64,000 nt of DNA from Candidatus Gygaella obscura (GCA_030765485.1 JAVCCR010000017.1:10298-74297), one strand, 5' to 3'. Positions 37,486-46,837 are shown, counted from the stretch's first letter. The notes: generated by a model not told the origin, from the letters alone. Translations and numbers: made by a program.

Positions 37486-38868
37486 TTAAAAATAACAAAC
37501 TGCATTGGGTAAAACTAAAGCTAAATCGACGCGTAATGTTTTTATAAGTGTGTAAACTAAAACTATTACAAAACTTGCCATTGCAAACCTTCTGACTATA
37601 ACATTACTTATTATGCATAACTTATTCCAAATCCAAACTATATGCTTAGTTCCTATAATAACCAAGAAAATAACTACAGCTAATATATACCGTGACTGGA
37701 ATACTTTCCACCACATATAAAAAAGCATAATTATTGATGCAGAAATAAGCAATAAATAATAAAATCTTTTATCTTCTTTTGATAGAAGAAAATAAAACGG
37801 GAACGCTCCAAAAACAAATATATAAAAAGGAGAATGCTCAATCAATTGGCCGACATAGAAAAACCAAGATTCTTTATCAAACATCATCATTTTCCATCCT
37901 GCTCTAGGAAAAGCAAACAAACTAAAAGCATTAACAAAATGCTTATAAGTAAAAATTAAAAACAAAGCAAATAAAATTAAAGCAATGTGTTTAGGGGCGA
38001 ATTTGATTCTTTTTCTTAATAAATTAACTAGTAAAAATAATAAACCCAAAACAATAATACCCAAAATAAGACCTTTTTGACGAAACCAATAAAGCCTATA
38101 AACGATATTATGCGTAGAATACATATCACCAAGAAATGTAGTCCCATAAGCTTTGTAGTTCCAGAAGAGCCATGGCAGAAGCATTAAAAAAGGAATAAGC
38201 AAAGAAAAAATAAAAGCTTTTTTCCTAAAAAGCTTTCTCTCAAATAAAACTGAATATGTAAATATAATAACTAAAGATAAGATCCCAGGATATTTAGTCA
38301 AGACAGCAAAACCTATAGAAACACAACTTAAAACAATAAACACGCTCTTCTGATTATCTTTTATATATCGAATAAACAAATACAAAGATAACACTGTAAA
38401 AAAAGACAATGTTGTTTCAAGCCAAATCTTTTGTGAACAAAGCCAACTAACAGGCTCGATTAACATTATAAAACTAGCAACAATCCCTATCTCCTTACCA
38501 AAAAGAGCTTTCCCAGCAAAATAAGTTAGTAAAATCATTGCTACACCGAAAAAAAGTGATACCAAAAAAGCGGAAAAATAAGTAATCCCGAATAACGCAA
38601 AACTTAAAGATACGAGAAAAGGAAATAATGGCGGATGTTTAAATATAGGTTTATTTAGATAATCCGGAAGCACGCGCCCTTTTTCAGAGTACGTATTAAA
38701 AATATCTTTGGAATTGTAATCAATAGGATTATCCAGTAACTTACTACCAAAATTTACATATAAAGACTCATCGAAAGTAAAATAATGCACTGAGCTAAAC
38801 CCTACTACCCGCAGAATAATGCTAGAGACAACTATCAAAAACAATAAAAAAGTTGTATTTTTTATCAT
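37486..38868 (-). CDS. GT-C-fold membrane glycosyltransferase (ArnT/PMT family 39-like)
   Basis: 460 aa, more than 10 TMs. The N-terminal loop contains the DE motif (YFTFDESLYVNFGSKL) typical of ArnT/PMT_2. Confidence 0.65.
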   Translation of the reverse strand: MIKNTTFLLFLIVVSSIILRVVGFSSVHYFTFDESLYVNFGSKLLDNPIDYNSKDIFNTYSEKGRVLPDYLNKPIFKHPPLFPFLVSLSFALFGITYFSAFLVSLFFGVAMILLTYFAGKALFGKEIGIVASFIMLIEPVSWLCSQKIWLETTLSFFTVLSLYLFIRYIKDNQKSVFIVLSCVSIGFAVLTKYPGILSLVIIFTYSVLFERKLFRKKAFIFSLLIPFLMLLPWLFWNYKAYGTTFLGDMYSTHNIVYRLYWFRQKGLILGIIVLGLLFLLVNLLRKRIKFAPKHIALILFALFLIFTYKHFVNAFSLFAFPRAGWKMMMFDKESWFFYVGQLIEHSPFYIFVFGAFPFYFLLSKEDKRFYYLLLISASIIMLFYMWWKVFQSRYILAVVIFLVIIGTKHIVWIWNKLCIISNVIVRRFAMASFVIVLVYTLIKTLRVDLALVLPNAVCYF

Positions 38869-38885
38869 CGTATTATAAAAAAATA

Positions 38886-39839
38886 CTATAAAGCTTCTTT
38901 CTTTAATCGATACAACACATCTTCTATTAATTTTCTATTAGAAGCAATCAAATCGGCAAGAAGACCAATCAAGATAATCTGAAAACCAAAAATCAAAAAT
39001 ATTGCCACCAGGATAAGTGATTGGATATGCCCTGATCCTCCACCAGTAAAATAGAAATATAGAAATCTTACTCCAATAAATACCCCAAAAGAAAATGTAA
39101 TAGCACCTATTGTAAAAAATACTTTTAATGGATTAAACATAGAATATACCCTTATTATTGTTATTACTGATTTTAATAAATATTCAAAAATATTCTTGAA
39201 TAACCTTGATTTCCTTAATGATTTATTTGTATCTACTTCTATATTTTCTATAACAACGGACTCTTTTCCAGCTTGAATAATCGTTTCCAAAGTATAAGTA
39301 TAATCAGATAGCACATTAATTCTTAAAGCTGCTTCGCGCGAATAAGCTCGAAAACCTGTAGTTACATCTTGTATTCTTGTCCCTGACAAATGTCTAACAA
39401 CCCAGCTACCAAAATACTGAAGTATCTTCTTAAATAAAGAAAATGACCTTATACGATTTATTCTTCTGTTACCAATAACAATATCTGCTCGTCCTTCAAG
39501 AATAGGTTTTATTAATCGAGGGATATCTTCTCCTCTATACTGATTATCAGCATCCATATTCACAATTATATCAGCACCATTTTTTAAACAGCTATTCAAA
39601 CCTACCTTAAAAGCATTTGCTAACCCATGGGTTTTAGAGAGCCTTTCAATATGATCAACACCTAGCTTATCAGCTATTTCTTTTGTCTTATCTTTACTTC
39701 CATCATCAACTACTAATACTTCAACTTTAGCTACTCCATCAATACATCTTGAAATAGTATTTAAAGTAATAGGTAGTGTTTTTTCCTCATTCAAACAAGG
39801 AATCTGTACAATTAATTTAATATTTTTATTTTTTTCCAT
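38886..39839 (-). CDS. GT2 polyprenyl-phosphate sugar transferase (ArnC/DPM1-like)
   Basis: 317 aa. VQIPCLNEEKTL, VVDDGSKD and DADNQ motifs, plus two C-terminal TM helices. Confidence 0.8.
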   Translation of the reverse strand: MEKNKNIKLIVQIPCLNEEKTLPITLNTISRCIDGVAKVEVLVVDDGSKDKTKEIADKLGVDHIERLSKTHGLANAFKVGLNSCLKNGADIIVNMDADNQYRGEDIPRLIKPILEGRADIVIGNRRINRIRSFSLFKKILQYFGSWVVRHLSGTRIQDVTTGFRAYSREAALRINVLSDYTYTLETIIQAGKESVVIENIEVDTNKSLRKSRLFKNIFEYLLKSVITIIRVYSMFNPLKVFFTIGAITFSFGVFIGVRFLYFYFTGGGSGHIQSLILVAIFLIFGFQIILIGLLADLIASNRKLIEDVLYRLKKEAL

Positions 39840-39899
39840 TCGTTATTACTTTAAGACAAGAGAGCTCTTTTAAAAAGAGCCCTCTCATCTATAACAATC

Positions 39900-40145
39900 C
39901 TACTTCTTCTTCTTTTTTTTCTTGCCGCCTCTTTTCATCTTGGCGCAAGAAACATCACCTTGCTTATCGACAAAATAAAGGTATCCTTCTTTCCTTACAA
40001 TACCGCATTTGGCTACTTTCTTTGGGCTTCCGCCTTTTTTACTGCCTCTAGCCATCTTTGCGCAAGAAACATCACCCTTCTTGTCAACATAATAAAGATA
40101 ACCTTTTTCCCTTTTTATTCCTACTTTCTCGACTTTCTGTGCCAT
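39900..40145 (-). CDS. Small (81 aa) highly basic protein composed of two tandem ~35-aa repeats; function unknown
   Basis: The repeats VEKVGIKREKGYLYYVDKKGDVSCAKMARGSKKGG and VAKCGIVRKEGYLYFVDKQGDVSCAKMKRGGKKKK are also visible as a DNA-level repeat. Near-consensus SD GAAAGGAGGTGA lies 7 nt upstream of the ATG. Poly-Lys tail. Confidence 0.6.
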   Translation of the reverse strand: MAQKVEKVGIKREKGYLYYVDKKGDVSCAKMARGSKKGGSPKKVAKCGIVRKEGYLYFVDKQGDVSCAKMKRGGKKKKKKK

Positions 40146-40177
40146 CTCAATTCACCTCCTTTCAAATTTTTTTAAAA

Positions 40178-40972
40178 TTAAGAGCCTATTTTAAAATTAC
40201 TGAAAATATGCTCTAAAAGCATCTGTGCGGAAAGAACCGCTAAAAAACTTGTCTTGGGATTATCCGGACAAGGAATATTAAAAGTCTGAGTATATAAATC
40301 TGCAGCTTTAGATTCTACAAAAATCTTATGGCTATTACGTTTAATCTTAGGACCGGTAATAATCTTTACTCTTACTTTATCGAAATCCCTCACAGCCAAA
40401 GCCAAAGTTGCAGCAACATTAATATTTTTGGGATATTTCTTTACAGCCATCTTTACGCTTCCTTTAAAAATAACCTGTTCTTTGGTAATCTTATCTTTAC
40501 CTAAGCTACCCCTTAAACCTCTTAAAGGCTTATAAGTAGTAAGAGTAATCCTTTTTAAATCGTACAAATGAGCTGCCTTAATAGCATCAATTCCAGCAAT
40601 TGCACCGCTTGGGACATAAAGAACCCCTTTGGAATTTTTCAATAAAGAAAATAGTTCTTTCTTTACCAAACCACCTACACTCATTACCAATGCGTCTTTA
40701 TTTAATTTTAAAGCAGTTTTAACAATAGTAAATGAAATTCCAACGGAAGCGCTTTCAATAATGAGATCGCATTGTTTAATAAGATTTTCTATTGATAAAA
40801 CTTTTGGGTGGGACTTTATTTTAAAAGAAAGTTCTTTTGCCTTAATAGAATCAATATCACATAAAGCAACTACATTAGCAAAACAAGACAACTTCTTATC
40901 TATATACAAAGCAAGACGGGAACCAATTGCACCGCAACCAATAATTCCTATTCTTTTGATTTTTGCTTTCAA
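40178..40972 (-). CDS. nadX: L-aspartate dehydrogenase
   Basis: 264 aa. GIIGCGAIGS N-terminus. VPSGAIAGIDAI, NINVAATLAL and NIPCPDNPKTSFLAV align with Thermotoga TM1643-type aspartate dehydrogenase motifs. Confidence 0.75.
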   Translation of the reverse strand: MKAKIKRIGIIGCGAIGSRLALYIDKKLSCFANVVALCDIDSIKAKELSFKIKSHPKVLSIENLIKQCDLIIESASVGISFTIVKTALKLNKDALVMSVGGLVKKELFSLLKNSKGVLYVPSGAIAGIDAIKAAHLYDLKRITLTTYKPLRGLRGSLGKDKITKEQVIFKGSVKMAVKKYPKNINVAATLALAVRDFDKVRVKIITGPKIKRNSHKIFVESKAADLYTQTFNIPCPDNPKTSFLAVLSAQMLLEHIFSNFKIGS

Positions 40973-40982
40973 TTATTTGTAG

Positions 40983-41813
40983 TTAAATAATCATATTATC
41001 AATCAACCTTACTCCTGCAATACGTGCCGCAACCACGAATAAAACTTTACCGGTTATTTTATTTACCGGACTCAGTGACACATCAAGAATCTCTACGTAT
41101 TCAACATCCATATGCTTTGAAATTGTATCGACGATAAACTTCTTTATCACCGTCGGGTTAACTTCATTTAATTTTACCAGAGTTTTTGATCTTTGTAAAG
41201 CACGATAAATTATCGTAGCCCTCTCTCGGTTTTTCTTAGAAAGATACTTATTTCTTGAACTCATAGCTAATCCACTAGCTTCTCTTACTGTCGGCATAAG
41301 CTTCAACCGAATCGATAAATTCAAATCCTCCAACATCTTCTTTATAATAACGTATTGCTGATAATCTTTTTGTCCTAGGTAAAAAATATCGGGCTGAACT
41401 ATATTTAATAACTTAAGCACAATCGTAGTGACCCCCTTAAAATGTCCCAGACGCACTTTTCCACAAAGAATATTACTTAATTTATCCACCTCAACATAAG
41501 TAAGATGACTTTTGTCATAAATTTCATCCTCACCAGGATAAAAAACAAAATCTACGCCGGATTTTCTAGCAAGTGATAAATCACGTTTTAAAGCTCTAGG
41601 ATATTTTTTAAAATCTTCCTTCGGCCCGAACTGTTTTGGATTTACAAAAATACTAACAACCGTAATATCATTATCTTTTGCTGACTGAGCGCATAATGAT
41701 AAGTGTCCTTTATGGAAACAGCCCATAGTTGGAATAAAACCAATAGATTTCCCTTTTAGCTTTAATAAACTTATTTTTTTCTGAATTAAACTTACCTTCT
41801 TAATTAATTGCAT
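40983..41813 (-). CDS. panC: Pantoate--beta-alanine ligase
   Basis: 276 aa. GFIPTMGCFHKGHLSL (HxGH) and MSSRNKYL motifs. Confidence 0.9.
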   Translation of the reverse strand: MQLIKKVSLIQKKISLLKLKGKSIGFIPTMGCFHKGHLSLCAQSAKDNDITVVSIFVNPKQFGPKEDFKKYPRALKRDLSLARKSGVDFVFYPGEDEIYDKSHLTYVEVDKLSNILCGKVRLGHFKGVTTIVLKLLNIVQPDIFYLGQKDYQQYVIIKKMLEDLNLSIRLKLMPTVREASGLAMSSRNKYLSKKNRERATIIYRALQRSKTLVKLNEVNPTVIKKFIVDTISKHMDVEYVEILDVSLSPVNKITGKVLFVVAARIAGVRLIDNMII

Positions 41814-42276
41814 TTAATCGCTCCTTAAATTCAGAGAAATTCTTTATTTTAGTCTTTTTCGATAAGCCAAGGATTTCTTTTAGGGGATTAAGCACGAAAA
41901 GCCTTTTAAACATCTGCGGATGCGGAATTATTAAATTTGAAAAATTAAATGTTTTGGTTCCGTAGGTAAGAATATCCAAATCAATCACCCTAGGACCATT
42001 ACAAAATGTCTTAAAACGGCCTAATTTAAACTCAATATCCTTTAAAAACACCAGTAAATCTTTGGGCTTTAACGTAGTTTCTAAACTAATAACTGAATTG
42101 ATAAAATGTGGCTGATTCTTATATCCTTTAGGTTTTGTTTTTATAAAGGCTGATTTTTTAATAAGATTATTTCTCTTATCGGAAGTTATTAATTCTATTG
42201 CTTTATTGATATTGTTTTTTTTTCTACCGAGATTAGTGCCAAGTGCAATAAAAACGATTTCCTGTTTACTTGCCAT
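41800..42276 (-). CDS. folK: 2-amino-4-hydroxy-6-hydroxymethyldihydropteridine diphosphokinase
   Basis: 158 aa. IVFIALGTNLG N-terminus and VIDLDIL motif. Confidence 0.85.
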   Translation of the reverse strand: MASKQEIVFIALGTNLGRKKNNINKAIELITSDKRNNLIKKSAFIKTKPKGYKNQPHFINSVISLETTLKPKDLLVFLKDIEFKLGRFKTFCNGPRVIDLDILTYGTKTFNFSNLIIPHPQMFKRLFVLNPLKEILGLSKKTKIKNFSEFKERLNAIN

Positions 42277-42282
42277 AAGTTA

Positions 42283-43176
42283 TCAGAAGAAAACTATTCT
42301 ATTTTTCCCAAGGTTTTTGGCTTCTTTTAAAGCATTGGTAGCAGTTGCAAGAATTTCTTCATAACTCTTGCCGTCCTCAGGAAAAGCCGCCATTCCAATA
42401 CTGACCGTTAACTCACCCTTATGTTTTAAACCAATAAAGTTTTCCTGCCTGATTAAAGATAAAAGCCTTGTACCCATTATAAAAGCTCCGTCTTTTTTTG
42501 TTTCAGGCAAAATAACTGAAAACTCATCCGGGCCAAATCTACAAACACAATCGCTTTTGCGGGCACCGGCATAAACAAGCTCTCCCAACATCTTTAAAAT
42601 ATTATTAGCAATCTCTTTACCATAACTATTAGTAATAAATTTAAAATTATCAATGTCTACTAAAAGAATTATAAACTCAGATGGGTATCTCTGCGATCTA
42701 TTAATTTCAATCTTCAAGGCTTCTTCAAAATATGTATGGTTATATATTTTGGTCACTTCATCTTTAAAAACATCTAAATGTTTATCTTTTAATTCATCAT
42801 CAACATTCTGCATCTCTAGGGTATTTTCAATTACCATACGCAGTTCATGAAGATTAAAAGGCTTCATTATATAATCATGGGCTCCTTCATTTAATGCAGC
42901 TGCAGCCTGCATAATAGAATCATAATTAGTAGCAACTATAATCCTTGATTCAGAATTCTTCTGCTTGAATTTCCTGATAACCTCAACTGCCTTACCGAAC
43001 TCTTTTACCTTGATTTCAGCGATAATTACCCCAAAGGGCTGATCTTTAATCCTATCTAAAGCCTCATTATAAGAAGAAACACCAACAACATTGTAGCCTG
43101 CTTTTAAAAGATCCGATTCAACCATCTTTCGAGTAAACTCATTACTTTCAATAAAAACAATATTTTGATTCAACAT
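42283..43176 (-). CDS. Atypical receiver-domain / degenerate GGDEF-domain protein
   Basis: 297 aa. REC-like N-terminus with Glu at the phospho-acceptor position (VIIAEIKV) but conserved Thr and Lys (YIMKPF). GGDEF-family C-terminus with an RKSD I-site and a GPDEF A-site in place of GG[DE]EF. Confidence 0.75.
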   Translation of the reverse strand: MLNQNIVFIESNEFTRKMVESDLLKAGYNVVGVSSYNEALDRIKDQPFGVIIAEIKVKEFGKAVEVIRKFKQKNSESRIIVATNYDSIMQAAAALNEGAHDYIMKPFNLHELRMVIENTLEMQNVDDELKDKHLDVFKDEVTKIYNHTYFEEALKIEINRSQRYPSEFIILLVDIDNFKFITNSYGKEIANNILKMLGELVYAGARKSDCVCRFGPDEFSVILPETKKDGAFIMGTRLLSLIRQENFIGLKHKGELTVSIGMAAFPEDGKSYEEILATATNALKEAKNLGKNRIVFF

Positions 43177-43195
43177 AACAAATCTCCCTTATCTG

Positions 43196-44359
43196 TTATT
43201 TTAATCTAGAAAGCCGAGAAACTCCCTTTTTCAATAAATTTTCTCCCACAGTAAGCGATATCCTAAAATACCCTTCTCCGTATTTACCAAAACCTACTCC
43301 AGGAGTAACAACCATGTCGCATTTATCTAAAACCAGCTTAGAAAACTCAATAGAACTTATCTCACCAGGCACTTTAACCCAAACATAGAATGTAGCGCTG
43401 CTTTCAAAAAAATCCCAGCCAAGGCTTCTTAAGCCTTTACTTACAATTTCACGGCGATCTCTATAAATCTTATTATTCTTTTCAAGAAAGCTTTTGGGTG
43501 TTTTTAAAGCAGTTATACCGGCAAGTTGAATTGCCTGAAAAACCCCTGAATCAATATTGCTTTTAAATTTTGCAATTTCCTTTATTATTTTTTCATTTCC
43601 ACAAACCCAACCTAAACGCCAACCTGTCATATTGTATGTTTTAGACAAGGAATGAAACTCTACAGCTATTTTCTTTGCTCCGGGAACTTGTAAGATGCTC
43701 GGGGGCTTCATCTTACCATAGAACATTTCAGAATAAGCTTCATCAGAAGCTATAATAATATTATTTTTCTTGGCTAATCTTACCAAATCCTTGAAAAAAC
43801 TCAATGGAGCCAAAGCGGAAGTTGGATTATTGGGATAATTGATAAAAATCAGCTTGGCTTTCTTTAAGACTGCCTTTGGAATCTTACCCAACTCAGGAAA
43901 AAAACTATTTTTCTCCAGTAAGGGCATCAAAAAAGGCTTTGCTCCTGCAAGGATAGTACAATTTCTATAAGGCGGGTAACACGGATCAGGAACAAGATTA
44001 TAATCACCTTTATTGTTTAGTATAAAAGGAAGATGTGAAATCCCGTCTTTTGAACCTAAAAGCGGTTGAATCTCTTTATCAAAATTAAGTGTAACCGAAA
44101 ATCTTTTTTTATACCAATTAGCAATTTCTTTCCTTAAATCCGGCATCCCTTTATCTAAAGCATACCTGTGATTTTGCGGATCGCGTGCAGCCTTACAAAG
44201 AGAATCAATTATATGATTTGGTGTCGGCAGATCAGGGTCCCCAATGCCTAAATCAATTATTGACCGTCCTTGTGCACGCGCCTGCCTTTTGGCTTTATCA
44301 ATTTCTAAGAACAGATAAGGCGGCAATTTTAAAAGATTGGCATTTGTTGTTATGCTCAT
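43196..44359 (-). CDS. dapL: LL-diaminopimelate aminotransferase (class I aminotransferase)
   Basis: 387 aa PLP fold-type I aminotransferase (IIDLGIGDPDLPTP; SLSKTYNMTGWRLGW). It sits in an operon with dapB, dapA, dapF and lysA, with no dapD/dapC/dapE in the window. Confidence 0.7.
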   Translation of the reverse strand: MSITTNANLLKLPPYLFLEIDKAKRQARAQGRSIIDLGIGDPDLPTPNHIIDSLCKAARDPQNHRYALDKGMPDLRKEIANWYKKRFSVTLNFDKEIQPLLGSKDGISHLPFILNNKGDYNLVPDPCYPPYRNCTILAGAKPFLMPLLEKNSFFPELGKIPKAVLKKAKLIFINYPNNPTSALAPLSFFKDLVRLAKKNNIIIASDEAYSEMFYGKMKPPSILQVPGAKKIAVEFHSLSKTYNMTGWRLGWVCGNEKIIKEIAKFKSNIDSGVFQAIQLAGITALKTPKSFLEKNNKIYRDRREIVSKGLRSLGWDFFESSATFYVWVKVPGEISSIEFSKLVLDKCDMVVTPGVGFGKYGEGYFRISLTVGENLLKKGVSRLSRLK

Positions 44360-45069
44360 TTTCCTTCCAGAATATCAAGCATGCTGTAAAGTCCTGCATT
44401 TTTACCAACAACCCACTTTGCGGCCAACAAAGCGCCTTCGGCGAATATATCACGTGTTTTGGCGCTGTGAGATAGCTCTATCTTGTCGAATTCACCATCA
44501 AAAATAATTTTATGATCGCCGATTATCTCACCCTCTCTTATTGAATCAATATTTTCTATTTTTAAAGATTTTTCCTCAATAATTTCCTTTATTTTTTTTG
44601 CTGTACCAGAAGGAGCATCCTTTTTATGTACATGGTGCGCTTCGATTATATTAACCTTATAACCCGAAAGTTTGCTGGATGCATCCTTTACCAACTTAAA
44701 TAATAAATTAACACCGAAAGACATATTAGGCGAGAATACAACCGGAATCTTTTCGGCAGCATTTTTTATTTTATCTTTCCCTGAACAATCAAAACCAGTC
44801 GTCCCTATAACCATAGGCTTTTTATATTCAACTGCCTTTTCTAAATTTTTAAGCGTAGCACCGACTGCGCTAAAATCAATCAGGCAATCTGCTTGTTTTA
44901 TATCAGAAACAGAACATGAAAGTTTAATTCCTGAATAATCCTTACCTAAATCAGCATGATTTTCTTTTTCAAGCAAGCAAATAATTTTAAATGAATCATC
45001 TTTTAAAGACAACGCGCTAATGCGCCTGCCCATTTTTCCCATTGCTCCGCCTATTGCAAGTTTTAACAT
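44356..45069 (-). CDS. dapB: 4-hydroxy-tetrahydrodipicolinate reductase
   Basis: 237 aa. GAMGKMGRRI, IEAHHVHKKDAPSGTA. Confidence 0.9.
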   Translation of the reverse strand: MLKLAIGGAMGKMGRRISALSLKDDSFKIICLLEKENHADLGKDYSGIKLSCSVSDIKQADCLIDFSAVGATLKNLEKAVEYKKPMVIGTTGFDCSGKDKIKNAAEKIPVVFSPNMSFGVNLLFKLVKDASSKLSGYKVNIIEAHHVHKKDAPSGTAKKIKEIIEEKSLKIENIDSIREGEIIGDHKIIFDGEFDKIELSHSAKTRDIFAEGALLAAKWVVGKNAGLYSMLDILEGK

Positions 45070-45082
45070 AGTGCTCCTAATA

Positions 45083-45961
45083 TTATTTTAATAACCCGTA
45101 ATTTTTTAAAGCCTCTTTTAACTTGGCTTCATTTTCCTTTAACATAGCACACATAGGAAGCCTTAAATCAAAATTGCACATATTCAATAACCCCATAGCT
45201 GTTTTTACCGGTATTGGATTTGTTTCTATAAACATCGCCTTTACAAGCGGCAGCAGTCTATAATGGATCTCTTGAGCCTTATCAATTTGGCCATTTTTAA
45301 AAGCAGATGTCATATCCGCAACTTCTTTAGGAACGATATTTGCCACAACCGAAATTACCCCTACCCCGCCAATACCCATTACCGGAAGAGTCAAAGCATC
45401 ATCTCCTGAGACAAGCTCAAAATCATTACTGCAAAGACTTCTTATCTTTGACATCTGATCAAGGCTACCTGATGCCTCCTTGACAGCAACTATATTCTTA
45501 CAATCACGATCCAACTTTGCAATTGTTTCAGGCATTATATTTATGCCGGTACGCGATGGAATATTATAAAGAATTATTGGAATATCCACAGAATCTGCAA
45601 TTGCCTTAAAATGCTCATAAAGCCCTTTCTGAGTGGGTTTATTATAATATGGGGCAACCTGCAACGATGCATTAGCGCCTAATTTGGCTGCATCTTTAGT
45701 TAAGATAATTGCTTCTTTGGTAGAATTCGAACCTGTTCCGGCAATAACCGGTATTTTCTTATCAGCTTGCTCTATAGTAATCCTTATTGCCTGCTCATGC
45801 TCCTCTACGCTTAAGGTGGCTGATTCTCCAGTAGTACCGCAAGAAAGAATTGAAGCTGTGCCATTTTTTATATGAAAATCAACTAATTTACGCAGACACG
45901 CTTCATCGATTTTATCATCTTTAAAAGGTGTTATTATTGCAACGGATGAGCCTTTAAACAT
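45083..45961 (-). CDS. dapA: 4-hydroxy-tetrahydrodipicolinate synthase
   Basis: 292 aa DapA/NAL family. GTTGE and the conserved Lys region (VKEASG). Confidence 0.9.
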   Translation of the reverse strand: MFKGSSVAIITPFKDDKIDEACLRKLVDFHIKNGTASILSCGTTGESATLSVEEHEQAIRITIEQADKKIPVIAGTGSNSTKEAIILTKDAAKLGANASLQVAPYYNKPTQKGLYEHFKAIADSVDIPIILYNIPSRTGINIMPETIAKLDRDCKNIVAVKEASGSLDQMSKIRSLCSNDFELVSGDDALTLPVMGIGGVGVISVVANIVPKEVADMTSAFKNGQIDKAQEIHYRLLPLVKAMFIETNPIPVKTAMGLLNMCNFDLRLPMCAMLKENEAKLKEALKNYGLLK

Positions 45962-45976
45962 TTTTCATTTCCTCCT

Positions 45977-46837
45977 CTAGTTACAACCAATTAAATCCTT
46001 TGAAACCTCACCTTTATAAACTATATCTGCTTTACCTTCAAGCCAAACATCAGTAACTTGTTTTTTTGATATCACATTATAACAAATCAATAGCTTCTCT
46101 TTTGAAACAGGCTTTACCTTAATTTTTATATTGCCTTTTCGATTAAATAAAACCCCTGCTATGATTGCAGCGGCTGTTGAACCTGTACCGCAGGAAAGTG
46201 TTTCAGCTTCCACGCCGCGCTCATAGGTCCTTATTTTAATATTGCTGTTATTTTCTATAGTAACAAAATTTACATTGGTACCCGCGGGTTTAAATTTTTT
46301 ATGAAAACGGATTTCCCTTGCTATAGGAACTATATCAAGTTTAGATAACCTATCAGAAAAGAAAACTACGTGAGGCACGCCGGTATTTATAAAATGAACA
46401 TTAAAAACCTTGCCATTTATTTTCAAAGGAACATCGAGCTTTAAATCTTTCGGATCAGTTAATTTAACCTTTACTATGTCAGAATTTACTTGGGCCTGAA
46501 GCAATCCAGCCATGGTCTTGATCTTAAGCCTTTTAGAGCATCTTTTACTACGCATAATCATAGAAGTGTAATATAAAGCAGCGCACCTTGAACCATTACC
46601 GCACATTTCAGCTTCTGATCCATCAACGTTAAAAATACGCATCCTGAAATCCGCCCCCTTAAAAGGTTCAAGCACAAGAACACCATCAGCACCTACACCA
46701 AACTTCCTATCACAGGCATATCTGGAAAAATCTGATAGCTTTGCGGTTGAAACAGGCAAATTACTATGTTTAAACCTATCCACCACTAAAAAGTCATTAC
46801 CGGAAGCTACCATTTTGACGAATTTTAGTACTTTCAT
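45977..46837 (-). CDS. dapF: Diaminopimelate epimerase
   Basis: 286 aa with two catalytic Cys motifs (EMCGNGSRC; LSCGTGSTA). Confidence 0.9.
   Translation of the reverse strand: MKVLKFVKMVASGNDFLVVDRFKHSNLPVSTAKLSDFSRYACDRKFGVGADGVLVLEPFKGADFRMRIFNVDGSEAEMCGNGSRCAALYYTSMIMRSKRCSKRLKIKTMAGLLQAQVNSDIVKVKLTDPKDLKLDVPLKINGKVFNVHFINTGVPHVVFFSDRLSKLDIVPIAREIRFHKKFKPAGTNVNFVTIENNSNIKIRTYERGVEAETLSCGTGSTAAAIIAGVLFNRKGNIKIKVKPVSKEKLLICYNVISKKQVTDVWLEGKADIVYKGEVSKDLIGCN

Noticed and set aside
39900-39915. A9/T-rich homopolymer at the 3' end of the small repeat-protein gene as a phase-variation switch
   Set aside because: Slippage there would only alter the last few Lys codons before the stop. No downstream in-frame fusion partner exists, so an on/off switch is unlikely.
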